Shown here piece by piece: positions 18,848 to 29,823 of a stretch of 124,000 nt of DNA. Below the pieces are notes generated by a model. It was not told the DNA's origin and did no database searches. It saw only the letters and a list, made by a program, of their open reading frames with translations. The stretch comes from Hyalangium minutum. GTDB taxonomy: Bacteria > Myxococcota > Myxococcia > Myxococcales > Myxococcaceae. Both the position numbers and the translations under genes were made by a program. The stretch is taken from the NCBI RefSeq assembly GCF_000737315.1, contig NZ_JMCB01000002.1, forward strand, positions 144,001 to 268,000, read 5' to 3'. The first letter of the stretch is position 1; each line of letters begins with the position of its first letter.

Positions 18848-21625
18848 ATGGCCGACGACACCACCGACAAGCCGGCAACGCCCCCCGCGCCTCCGCCTCC
18901 GGGCAGCGCTGGGGAGCTCATCCCCGTCAACATCGAAGACGAGATGCGCCGTTCGTATCTCGACTACTCCATGTCCGTCATCATCGGGCGCGCCCTGCCC
19001 GATGTGCGTGACGGACTGAAGCCCGTGCACCGCCGCATCCTCTTCGCGATGCACGAGCTGGGGAACACCCACAACCGCGCGTACAAGAAGTCCGCCCGCG
19101 TGGTGGGTGACGTGATTGGTAAGTACCACCCCCACGGTGACAGCGCCGTCTATGACGCGATGGTGCGTCTGGCTCAGGAGTGGAGCCTGCGCTACCTGCT
19201 CGTGGACGGGCAGGGCAACTTCGGCAGCGTCGACGGCGACTCGCCCGCGGCCATGCGTTACACGGAAGTGCGCATGGACCGCCTGGCCGAGGAGCTGCTG
19301 GCGGACATCGACAAGGAGACGGTCGGATTCGGGCCCAACTACGACGACTCGCTGACCGAGCCGCTCGTGATGCCCACGAAGTTCCCCAACCTCCTGGTCA
19401 ACGGCAGCAGCGGCATCGCCGTGGGCATGACGACGAACATCCCGCCCCACAACATGGGCGAGGTGATCGACGGCACGCTGCACCTCATCGACAACCCGGA
19501 CGCCACCGTCCAGGACCTGATGAAGTTCATCCCGGGCCCGGACTTCCCCACCGCCGGCATGATTACCGGCCGCGAGGGCATCCTCCGCGCCTACACCACG
19601 GGCCGCGGGCAGATCACCCTGCGTGGCAAGACGGAGATCGAGGAGAGCAAGAAGGGCGACCGTGAGGCCATCATCATCACGGAGATCCCCTACCAGGTGA
19701 ACAAGGCGCGGCTCATCGAGAAGATCGCCGACCTGGTGCGCGAGAAGAAGCTGGAGGGCATCAGCGACATCCGCGACGAGAGCGACCGGCAGGGCATGCG
19801 CATCGTCGTGGAGCTCAAGCGCGATGCCATCTCGGGCGTGGTGCTCAACAACCTGTACGCCACCACCCCGCTGGAGACGACGTTCGGCGCGGTGATGCTG
19901 GCCATCGACGGCGGCCAGCCGCGCACGCTCACACTCAAGGAGCTGCTGGACCGGTTCATCGCCCACCGCCGCGACGTCATCACCCGCCGCAGCCGCTATG
20001 AGCTGAAGAAGGCGCTGGCCCGCCTCCACATCGTGGAAGGCTTGCTCGTCGCGCAGGATCTCATCGACCTGGTGGTCAGCCTCATCCGCGCCTCGAAGGA
20101 TCCAGACGAGGCGCGCTGGGGCCTGATGCACATCCTGGCTCCGGCGCTCTACGAGCACGAGCGCTTCCGCAACCTGCCGCGCATCGACTACGCGCAGGCG
20201 GCGGCACAGATGGAGCTGCTGGTCAGCCGCGCCAAGGCCGAGGAGCCCAACTACGGCGGCCTGGAGCACAAGTACGCGGGCGCGGGCTTCAGCGAGGACC
20301 AGGCGCAGAACATCCTCGAGATGCGCCTGCAGCGCCTCACCGGCATGCAGCGCGAAGAGCTCTTCAAGGAGCTGCTCGCCCTGGTGCGCGACATTGCCCG
20401 GCTGCGGGACATCCTCGCCAACGAGCGCAGCCTGCTCAACGTCATCAAGACGGAGCTGCACGACATCCGCGCCCGCTACAGCGACAAGCGCCGCACCGAA
20501 ATCACCGGCGAGGTCTCCGAGATTACGAGCGAGGACCTCATCGCCGAGGAGGACATGGTCGTCACCCTGTCCCATACCGGCTACGTGAAGCGCTCGCCGC
20601 TGAGCGAGTACCGCGCCCAGAAGCGCGGCGGACGGGGCAAGACGGGCGCCGCGACGAAGGAAGACGATTTCGTCACGGACCTGTTCGTGGCCAGCACCCA
20701 CGCGTTCCTCATGCCCATCACCACCAAGGGCAAGCTGTACTCGCTGAAGGTGCACCAGATTCCGCAGGCCAGCCGCACCTCGCGCGGCAAGGCCATCATC
20801 AACCTCATTCAGTTCGGCGAGGGCGAGAAGCTGGCCCAGGTGCTCGTGACGAAGGACTTCCCGGAGAACCGGTACGTCTTCTTCGTCACCAAGCGCGGCG
20901 TGGTGAAGCGCACGGACTTGAGCGCGTTCGCCAACGTGCGCATCAGCGGCATCATCGCGCTGGGCATCGACGAGGGCGATGAGCTGGTGGCGGTGAAGAT
21001 CACCGACGGCAGCAAGGACATCCTCCTGTCCACCGCGCAGGGCATGAGCATCCGCTTCCCGGAGGACGAGGTGCGCTCCATGGGCCGCCAGGCCTACGGC
21101 GTGAAGGGCATCACGCTGGAGGAGGGCGACGAGGTGGTGGGCGCGGACGTGGTGGAGAAGGGCAACACCATCCTTACGGTGACGGAGAACGGCTACGGCA
21201 AGCGCACCGAGGAGGCCGAGTACCGCATCCAGGGCCGCGGCGGTAAGGGCATCATCGACATCAAGACCACCGAGCGGAACGGCAAGGTGGTGGGCCTGGT
21301 GCAGGTGACGGACGGCGACGAGGTGATGCTCGTCACCAACGGCGGCATGCTCATCCGCATGAAGGCCAAGGAGATCTCCGTCATCGGCCGCAACACGCAG
21401 GGCGTGCGGCTCATCGCCCTGGAGAACGGTACGGAGAAGGTGACGGGCATCTCCAAGCTGCCCGAGTCCAGCAGCGAGGCCGAGGAGCCGGAGGGCGGCG
21501 GCTCCGCGGGTGGCTCCAGCGCGGACGAAGAGCAGGCTCCCGCAGCGGAGAACTCCTCCGAGATTTCGGACACCGAGGACTCCGGAAACTCCGAGCCGGG
21601 TGAGGACACTCCAGAAGAGAGTTGA
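18848..21625 (+). CDS. gyrA: DNA gyrase subunit A
   Basis: [42 protein letters not shown] catalytic Tyr, GyrA-box QKRGGRG, pinwheel CTD, acidic tail. Confidence 0.99.
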   Translation: MADDTTDKPATPPAPPPPGSAGELIPVNIEDEMRRSYLDYSMSVIIGRALPDVRDGLKPVHRRILFAMHELGNTHNRAYKKSARVVGDVIGKYHPHGDSAVYDAMVRLAQEWSLRYLLVDGQGNFGSVDGDSPAAMRYTEVRMDRLAEELLADIDKETVGFGPNYDDSLTEPLVMPTKFPNLLVNGSSGIAVGMTTNIPPHNMGEVIDGTLHLIDNPDATVQDLMKFIPGPDFPTAGMITGREGILRAYTTGRGQITLRGKTEIEESKKGDREAIIITEIPYQVNKARLIEKIADLVREKKLEGISDIRDESDRQGMRIVVELKRDAISGVVLNNLYATTPLETTFGAVMLAIDGGQPRTLTLKELLDRFIAHRRDVITRRSRYELKKALARLHIVEGLLVAQDLIDLVVSLIRASKDPDEARWGLMHILAPALYEHERFRNLPRIDYAQAAAQMELLVSRAKAEEPNYGGLEHKYAGAGFSEDQAQNILEMRLQRLTGMQREELFKELLALVRDIARLRDILANERSLLNVIKTELHDIRARYSDKRRTEITGEVSEITSEDLIAEEDMVVTLSHTGYVKRSPLSEYRAQKRGGRGKTGAATKEDDFVTDLFVASTHAFLMPITTKGKLYSLKVHQIPQASRTSRGKAIINLIQFGEGEKLAQVLVTKDFPENRYVFFVTKRGVVKRTDLSAFANVRISGIIALGIDEGDELVAVKITDGSKDILLSTAQGMSIRFPEDEVRSMGRQAYGVKGITLEEGDEVVGADVVEKGNTILTVTENGYGKRTEEAEYRIQGRGGKGIIDIKTTERNGKVVGLVQVTDGDEVMLVTNGGMLIRMKAKEISVIGRNTQGVRLIALENGTEKVTGISKLPESSSEAEEPEGGGSAGGSSADEEQAPAAENSSEISDTEDSGNSEPGEDTPEES

Positions 21626-21637
21626 TTTGCGGGTTTT

Positions 21638-21693
21638 CCCAGCCTGGCGGGGCATGTGAGGGCAATCCCCCCGTGTGCCTCGGCAGGCCTGGG
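21638..21693. other. Long imperfect hairpin downstream of gyrA
   Basis: CCCAGCCTG...CAGGCCTGGG outer arms around an inner GGG-CAAT-CCC stem. Confidence 0.35.
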
Positions 21694-21727
21694 TGTTCTA
21701 ATGAGACCAGGAGGTCTCCGGAACACC

Positions 21728-22945
21728 ATGGGAGATTCCATCAGCCAGGGGGCAGTCTCGGAGCCGCGGATCTCGGATGACTCACTGGGCGTCCAGCTCG
21801 AGGTGGCGGAGGAGCGTCTCCGCATCGTGCTCGGGCTCACGGACGGCATCGTCTTCGAGTTCGACCAGGACGGGCGCTACGTCGGCATCTGGACCCGGTC
21901 GGACGAGCTGCTGTCCATGCCGCGCGAGCAGGCGCTGGGCCGCACCTTGATGGAGGTCCACGGCCCCCAGGGCGGCGCGTTCTTCATGGAGCGCCTGAAG
22001 CAGACCCTTGAGACGAAGCAGCCCGTGCGCTTCGAGTACAGCCTGGAGGTGGTGGGTGGGCACCACTGGTTCGCCGCGGAGTCCATGCTGGTGCCGAACC
22101 GGCCCACGGTGGCCTTCCTGGTGCGCGACATCACCCAGCAGAAGTCCATGGAGCAGCGGCTCATCCAGGCGGATCGGCTGGCGTCCCTGGGCACGCTGGC
22201 GGCGGGCGTGGCCCACGAGGTGAACAACCCGCTGAGCTACGTCTCCTCGAACCTCAACTTCATCGCGGAGAGCCTGACGTCGGTGCGGCAGGCGCTGAAC
22301 AGCGGGGAAGGGGTGGTCGACGCGGCCTATCTGGATCGCCTGCTGGCGGAGTGCGCGGAGGCGCTCGATGAGGCGCGGGAGGGCACCACCCGCATCCGGC
22401 ATGTGGTCGGAGATTTGAAGACGTTCGCTCGCGGCCAGGAGTCGGAGGACGGGCTGGCGAACGTGAAGCGGGCCCTGGAGTCCTCGCTGAGCCTGGTGAT
22501 GCCGGAGCTGCGCTACCGGGCCCGGCTGAACCGGAACCTGGAAGAGGTGCCCCCGGTGCGAGGCAATGAGGCCCGGCTGGGGCAGGTGTTCCTCAACCTG
22601 CTGATCAACGCCTCCCAGGCCATCGTGGCGGGGGCTCCGGACCGGAACCAGGTGGACGTTCACCTGCGCGAGGAGGGGCACTGGGTGGTCATCGAAGTCC
22701 AGGACACCGGGCACGGGATTCCGGCGGATCTGTTGAAGCTCATCTTCGATCCGTTCTTCTCGACGAAGCCGGTGGGTGTGGGCACGGGGCTGGGGCTCTC
22801 CATCTGCCATGGCATCGTGACGGGCATGGGCGGAGAGATCTCCGTGGAGAGCACCGTGGGCCGGGGGACGTGCTTCCGGGTGCGGCTGCCGATTCCCGCT
22901 CAGGTGCTGGCGTCCATGCGCCCCAAGGCGCTGGCGGCTTCCTGA
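21728..22945 (+). CDS. PAS-domain sensor histidine kinase
   Basis: PAS region; H-box AHEVNNPL; N-box QVFLNLLINA; G-boxes DTGHG and GTGLGL. Confidence 0.92.
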   Translation: MGDSISQGAVSEPRISDDSLGVQLEVAEERLRIVLGLTDGIVFEFDQDGRYVGIWTRSDELLSMPREQALGRTLMEVHGPQGGAFFMERLKQTLETKQPVRFEYSLEVVGGHHWFAAESMLVPNRPTVAFLVRDITQQKSMEQRLIQADRLASLGTLAAGVAHEVNNPLSYVSSNLNFIAESLTSVRQALNSGEGVVDAAYLDRLLAECAEALDEAREGTTRIRHVVGDLKTFARGQESEDGLANVKRALESSLSLVMPELRYRARLNRNLEEVPPVRGNEARLGQVFLNLLINASQAIVAGAPDRNQVDVHLREEGHWVVIEVQDTGHGIPADLLKLIFDPFFSTKPVGVGTGLGLSICHGIVTGMGGEISVESTVGRGTCFRVRLPIPAQVLASMRPKALAAS

Positions 22946-22955
22946 AGCGCGGGCG

Positions 22956-23840
22956 TTACGGCTTCGCTGCCTTGCGCAGGGTCGAGGCCCCCTCGGCGAT
23001 GGCCTCGTCGAGTTGGGCTCCCGCCTTCCCGAACCCTCGCCTCTGGAGCTGGCGGTAGAGCGAGGAGAGCTGGCGGCCGGCCTTCGAGGCGAGCGAGTTC
23101 AGCTCCGGGCTTCGGCCATGCAGCGTCTCCGTCAGTACGTGGAGGTCGTGCATGTCTCCCAGGGTGTCTTGGAGGGCCTTGAGGCGCTCGAGGAGCTTGG
23201 GGGCGCCGTGCAGTTCCTCGAAAGGCTCCAGCAGGTAGCGCGCGCGCTTGGCGGTGATGCGGGCCTCGTGGCAGCGCTCGACGTCGGAGGGGCCCTGGAT
23301 GCGGTCCAGCCGCTGGCGCAGGCGCTGGCCCAGGCGCCGCAGCTTCTGGGCGGTGTACTTCCCGAAGCGGCCCTTACCGGGGGCCTTCGCGCGCTTCACC
23401 TGCCGGCGCAGGCGGTGGGCGAGGCGGGGGAAGTCCTGGGTAAACCGCTCGCGGATCTCCTGGAGGTGCTCGGCGTGGTGCTGGGTGAGGTTTGAGCGCA
23501 GGCGGGAGGCGGCGCCCGAGCGAGAGCGGCGGGCACGGGACTGCTGGGTGAGCCAGGCAGCGTGGACCTCGGCATCTCGGGCGGGGTTGGTGAGGTGGGC
23601 GAAGCCTCTCAGGGCCTCGATGCTCTTGGCAGACACGGCCCCAGCGAAGAGCTTGCGGTAGGTGCGGAGGTAGGTGCGCACGTGGCGCAGCTCGACGCGC
23701 AGGTCGTGCAGGGCCTCGGTGTCACGGGAGTCGTCGAGGCGCTCGACGGTGGCCGCGGCGCGCTTCAGGTGGTGGAGCGTGAGCTTCCGGGCTCCATGCA
23801 CCGCCGTCATGCGCGCGAGCTTCTTGGAGGTGGGCGCCAC
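22956..23840 (-). CDS. CHAD domain protein
   Basis: EALHDLRVELR, CHEARITAKRARYLLE, LQDTLGDMHDL motifs. Confidence 0.88.
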   Translation of the reverse strand: MAPTSKKLARMTAVHGARKLTLHHLKRAAATVERLDDSRDTEALHDLRVELRHVRTYLRTYRKLFAGAVSAKSIEALRGFAHLTNPARDAEVHAAWLTQQSRARRSRSGAASRLRSNLTQHHAEHLQEIRERFTQDFPRLAHRLRRQVKRAKAPGKGRFGKYTAQKLRRLGQRLRQRLDRIQGPSDVERCHEARITAKRARYLLEPFEELHGAPKLLERLKALQDTLGDMHDLHVLTETLHGRSPELNSLASKAGRQLSSLYRQLQRRGFGKAGAQLDEAIAEGASTLRKAAKP

Positions 23841-24090
23841 GGAATCTCTCCCCGCCGCGCGCTGGGCGCGGCCATGCGGATCCGAACCTCAAAGCTTCCA
23901 GCAGGAACAGCCAGAGGACAGCAGGTCCGCGCTGGAGCGTGCAGGAGGTGACAGTGGGTGGAGGGAGGTGGCGAGCAGGGAAGGGCGCTGCAAAGCTCAC
24001 ATGCAAACAGGGGGCTTGGTTGCTCGGGGAGGTGGCGGGCGGAGGCGGACGAGGTGCAATGAATCTGACCGCTCATCCGTAGGAGGAGAC

Positions 24091-24393
24091 ATGAACATCA
24101 CGGGTCTTCGTGGAATGGGGTCCCGGTTCGTCCGGTACCTGAGCGACGGTCGAGTCCCCCTGTGGAAGAAGCTCGCGGGGTTGCTGGCGGTGGTCTACTT
24201 CCTGTCTCCGGTGGACGCGATCCCGGACTTCATCCCCATCCTGGGGTGGCTGGACGATTTGGGCGTGCTGTCGGCCGCGGCCTTCTGGATGGCGCGGCAG
24301 GTGCAGCAGTACCGCCCCGAGCCCACGCCGGACGGGATGCCGAGAGATCTCGAGGGCCGCCCGCGCTTTCCTCCCGCGCGCGACCCTGCCTGA
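24091..24393 (+). CDS. YkvA/DUF1232 family membrane protein
   Basis: YFLSPVDAIPDFIPILGWLDD motif; AGGAGG RBS. Confidence 0.9.
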   Translation: MNITGLRGMGSRFVRYLSDGRVPLWKKLAGLLAVVYFLSPVDAIPDFIPILGWLDDLGVLSAAAFWMARQVQQYRPEPTPDGMPRDLEGRPRFPPARDPA

Positions 24394-24401
24394 GCGAGCG
24401 C

Positions 24402-25151
24402 TCACGCCGCCTTGCCGACCGCCTCGCGCCACGCCGCGAGGATGTGCTCGGCGATCTCGGGCACGCCGATGTCCTTGTTCACCTGCGTGAAGAGGAACGG
24501 GCCGTCGCCCCGCATCTTGCGTGAGTCGCGGTCCATCACGCCCAGGTCCGCTCCCACGTGCGGTGCCAGGTCCTTCTTGTTGATGACCAGCAGGTCCGAC
24601 TGGGTGATGCCCGGCCCGCCCTTGCGCGGCACCTTGTCTCCCCCTGCCACGTCGATGACGTAGATCGTGTAGTCGACCAGCTCCCGGCTGTACTGCGCCG
24701 CCAGGTTGTCTCCGCCGCTCTCGACGATGAGCAGCTCCGGCTTCACGTCGTGCATCAGCCCTTCGAGCGCGTCGAGGTTGTGGCTGATGTCCTCGCGGAT
24801 CGCCGCGTGAGGGCAGCCGCCCGTCTCCACCGCCCGGATCCGCTCGGAAGGCAGCGCCTTGTTGCGGTGGAGGAACTCGGCGTCCTCCTTCGTGAAGATG
24901 TCGTTCGTCACGACGCCCAGCGAGTACTTGTCCCGGAGGTGCCGGCACAGCGCCAGTACCAGCGCTGTCTTTCCGCTCCCCACCGGCCCTCCGATGCCCA
25001 CCGTGAACGAGCGCTGATGGTAGTCGCGCGGGAGCCGCGGCTCGCGCTCCCGGAACAGGCCAGGGCCCGACCAGTGCTCGTGGGTATGCCCGTGGTCATG
25101 GTCGTGGCTGTGCCCGTGGTCATGGTCGTGGTCGTGATCGTGGTCGTGCAT
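24402..25151 (-). CDS. ureG: Urease accessory GTPase UreG with His/Asp-rich N-terminus
   Basis: [29 protein letters not shown]; (HD)n leader. Confidence 0.97.
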   Translation of the reverse strand: MHDHDHDHDHDHGHSHDHDHGHTHEHWSGPGLFREREPRLPRDYHQRSFTVGIGGPVGSGKTALVLALCRHLRDKYSLGVVTNDIFTKEDAEFLHRNKALPSERIRAVETGGCPHAAIREDISHNLDALEGLMHDVKPELLIVESGGDNLAAQYSRELVDYTIYVIDVAGGDKVPRKGGPGITQSDLLVINKKDLAPHVGADLGVMDRDSRKMRGDGPFLFTQVNKDIGVPEIAEHILAAWREAVGKAA

Positions 25152-25159
25152 GGTGCTCC

Positions 25160-25825
25160 TCAGGACAGGAACAGACGGGAATAGAGACGATCGTGGGTGG
25201 CGCCGAGCAGATCCACGAGCGGCGCAGGCTGTGACAGCTCGTTCAGGCCCAGGGCCCCACAGCGTTCGAGCACGGCGCCCAGAACGCCCGTCAGCTCGTC
25301 ATGGAGGCGCTGCGCCTCGTGCGGACCGAGCAGCCCCAGCCGCACCGCGGCCGAGGCCACCCCGCGCAGCGCCAGGTGCAGGAACAGCTCCTGCGCTTGG
25401 TCGAGCGGCACTGCAAGGGTCCGCAGCGTGATGCCGAACATGGGCGCGTAGTGCGCCCTCAGGGTCCGCGCGCGGATGGCGGCGTGGAGCTGTTGCAGCT
25501 CCGCCTCGGAGAAGATGCGCGCCGCGGTGGCCACCAGCGTCCGCCCCTGCGTCCGGCTGGTTCGGTTGGCCACGTGGTTGGAGAGGAACGCGTCGCACCA
25601 CGCGTCCAGCCGGGCCGGGCCAGCGTCTGGGCCGTAGGCGGCGCGGAGAAACGGCAGGCTCCCATGGCCGGCCTGCCAGAGCACTCCCTCGATGAAGGTG
25701 CGCAGGGCCGCCGCGTCCGGCACCTCGCCCTGTTGCGCGGCCGCCTCCAGCCCGGCGGAGTGCGAGAAGCCTCCGGTCGGAAAGGCCGAGTCAGCGAGCT
25801 GCAGCACGCGCCAGCGGGTCGTCAT
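25160..25825 (-). CDS. ureF: Urease accessory protein UreF
   Basis: [20 protein letters not shown]; ends [11 protein letters not shown]. Confidence 0.95.
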   Translation of the reverse strand: MTTRWRVLQLADSAFPTGGFSHSAGLEAAAQQGEVPDAAALRTFIEGVLWQAGHGSLPFLRAAYGPDAGPARLDAWCDAFLSNHVANRTSRTQGRTLVATAARIFSEAELQQLHAAIRARTLRAHYAPMFGITLRTLAVPLDQAQELFLHLALRGVASAAVRLGLLGPHEAQRLHDELTGVLGAVLERCGALGLNELSQPAPLVDLLGATHDRLYSRLFLS

Positions 25826-25829
25826 GCGC

Positions 25830-27541
<1,712 letters not shown>

Positions 27542-27545
<4 letters not shown>

Positions 27546-28219
27546 GGCGTGCCTCCTGCCTGCTGCGTGGGAGCAACGGGAACGAGCGTCACCGTCTTCC
27601 GGTCCCCGGGCTCGAAGCGCACCGCCGTGCCCGAGGGGATGTCCAGCCGCATCCCCGTGGCCTGGGCCCGGTCGAACTCGAGCGCGCGGTTGGTGTGCTC
27701 GAAGGGATAGTGGCTGCCCACCTGGATGGGGCGGTCCCCCTTGTTCTCCACCGCGAGCGTCACGCGCGGGCGGCCCGGGTTGAGGGCAATCTCTCCCGCC
27801 TTCGTGAGCACTTCGCCCGGAGTGGGCTCAACCGCCGCTGGGGTTGCCGCGAACACCGAGGCCGCGGGCACCGGCAGGAAGCTCCCGTAGAGCGCCAGCG
27901 CCAGGTCCCCCTGCTCGAGCGAGATGGGGTGGTGGACGGTGACGAGCTTGGTGCCGTCCGGGAACGTGCCCTCCACCTGCACCTCGGCGACCAGCTCCGG
28001 GACGCCGGGCAGCACCTGCGCCCGGCCCAGCATCCGCCGGCCCACATCCATCAGCTCGGCGACGGAGCGCCCATCCCGGATGAGCTCCAGCAGTTGGGTG
28101 GAGATGAGAGCGATGGCCTCGGGGTAGTTGAGCCGAAGTCCTCGAGCCAGCCGCTTCTGCGCCAGGAAGCCGGCAGCGTGCAGCGTGAGCTTGTCCAACT
28201 CGCGCGGGACCAGATGCAT
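27542..28219 (-). CDS. ureA: Fused urease gamma/beta subunit
   Basis: [16 protein letters not shown] (gamma) followed in frame by [13 protein letters not shown]...[14 protein letters not shown] (beta). Confidence 0.95.
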
Positions 28220-28279
28220 GGAGGGGGTCTCCCTTGAGACAACCTGACGCGTTCATCATGGTGCGCTGCGTCAGCGAAG

Positions 28280-29119
28280 TCACCATTTCCGTGCGAGAGG
28301 GTCGTCTCCCAGCAGCGAGGGCAGGGTCCGCAGGCGGGAGCGCACGGCGGACAGGGCCTCCTCCACGGAGGTGGCGGCCACGCGCAGCAGGGCGCCGTCT
28401 TCTCCCAAGGGACTCGCAGTCTCGATGACCGAAGCCCGGCGCCGCAGCGGGGCGGGGGAAGTCAGCAGGGCTTCGCGGAGCGCCGCCACCTGCGGACCGA
28501 ACACCGCGAGCAGCGCCAGGGCCTCGAAGCGGCCCATGCGAGGGGCCAGGGCTCCCTCCTCGGGTGTGAGGCGGACCGCATCCAGCAGCAGGGGAACACC
28601 GCCGCGCTGGACGAGGAGCCGGGACAGGTAGTGAGCGAAAGCCCACCGCTCGCCTCGGGCGGCGCGCCCGCAGGTGAAGGCATCCAGCAGGACCAGGGAG
28701 GCGCTGGGAGCGAGCGTGACGGAGGTCTCCTGCTCGTAGCGAGCCCCCGTGAAGCAGGCCACCGGGTCGGGCAGCAGGACGAGCAATCCCTCCTCGCCGA
28801 CCTGGGCCTGGAGCAGCTGCCGGCAGCCACGCGGAGAGCGGTACACCTTGGTGGCGGACTGCGTGGAGAGCAGGCCCGTGGCCCGGGCCCCCACGCTCAC
28901 GTCGATGTGAAGCGAATCCCCATCCACCAGTCCGCCGCCGAAGCTGGCCAGGTAGGCCCACGCGCCGCGGCCATGGTTGCGAGGCAGCAGGAACTTGAGA
29001 GGACTGTTCGCCCGCGCGGCGCGGACAAAGGTTCCCCGTGTGCCGTGCTCGAGCGCGAGGACGCCTCGGCCGGGAACATGCTCCAGGCGGTCTTCTAAGG
29101 TGTACGCGGGGGCTTCCAT
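28280..29119 (-). CDS. ureD: Urease accessory protein UreD
   Basis: SPLKFLLP, GGGLVDGD, LSTQSATKVY, LPDPVACF. Confidence 0.92.
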   Translation of the reverse strand: MEAPAYTLEDRLEHVPGRGVLALEHGTRGTFVRAARANSPLKFLLPRNHGRGAWAYLASFGGGLVDGDSLHIDVSVGARATGLLSTQSATKVYRSPRGCRQLLQAQVGEEGLLVLLPDPVACFTGARYEQETSVTLAPSASLVLLDAFTCGRAARGERWAFAHYLSRLLVQRGGVPLLLDAVRLTPEEGALAPRMGRFEALALLAVFGPQVAALREALLTSPAPLRRRASVIETASPLGEDGALLRVAATSVEEALSAVRSRLRTLPSLLGDDPLARKW

Positions 29120-29127
29120 GGTGCTGC

Positions 29128-29757
29128 TCAGCCGTCCCGGTTCTCGAAGTGGACGAAGTCGAGCAGGAACGTGGCGGCCATCACCAGGGTGCGCAGCCGC
29201 GCGTCGCGGAGGTTCTCGAAGGTGACGCCGAAGTTGTCCGCGTCCGTGAACAGCTCCTTGCCGAGGCCGCTCCAGCGCTTCTGGATGAGGCCCACCTCTT
29301 GGCCGTTCTGCTCGATGTGGAACGTCCACGGCTTGAAGAAAGGGCCGCGCAGCGTGGCCAGCAGCTCGCCCGAGGGGCCCAGCACGTCATAGAGCCGGGC
29401 GAAGAAGGCGAAGCGCTGGTGCACGCTGCCCAGCTTGTGGCCCTCGCCGTCCTCGATGTCCATCTGCGAGAGCCAGAACCTCCAGGGCCGCTGCAGGCGC
29501 AGCGCGGTGGCGCCCCCGGGCGTCTTCAGCTCCATGGTGAAGGGGCGGCTGGCCTTGAGGAAGCTGCGCAGCAGGAACAGGCCGAGGCCGCTGCCCACCT
29601 CGCCCGCGATGAAGAGCGCCTGCCCGTCGTCTCCCACCACCTGGTAGCGGTTGCGGCCCTCGAAGCCGACGAGGATCTCCCCCCATTCCTTGGTCTGCCG
29701 CACGCGCAGGGCGCTGTGGCGTTGGAGCACGGAGAGGGCCAGCGAGTCAGAGGGCAT
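29128..29757 (-). CDS. Phospholipid scramblase / LURP-one-like protein
   Basis: FEGRNRYQV, IQKRWSGLGKELFTDADNFGV motifs. Confidence 0.85.
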   Translation of the reverse strand: MPSDSLALSVLQRHSALRVRQTKEWGEILVGFEGRNRYQVVGDDGQALFIAGEVGSGLGLFLLRSFLKASRPFTMELKTPGGATALRLQRPWRFWLSQMDIEDGEGHKLGSVHQRFAFFARLYDVLGPSGELLATLRGPFFKPWTFHIEQNGQEVGLIQKRWSGLGKELFTDADNFGVTFENLRDARLRTLVMAATFLLDFVHFENRDG

Positions 29758-29823
29758 GGAGGCCTCGGAGCAAAGGGTCGGCACACCCTAGCGCCCCGAG
29801 GCCCTCAAGTCAGGACAGAACCC

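Noticed and set aside
17924-21655. 1243-aa minus-strand ORF and similar long antisense ORFs (9922-11757, 29038-32481, 51219-53573, 54633-57239, 78471-81641)
   Set aside because: Shadows of well-supported genes on the opposite strand, expected in high-GC DNA; no family motifs
25075-25151. GTGGTC/ATG microsatellite-like tract as a phase-variation site
   Set aside because: It encodes the in-frame His/Asp tail of UreG and is degenerate
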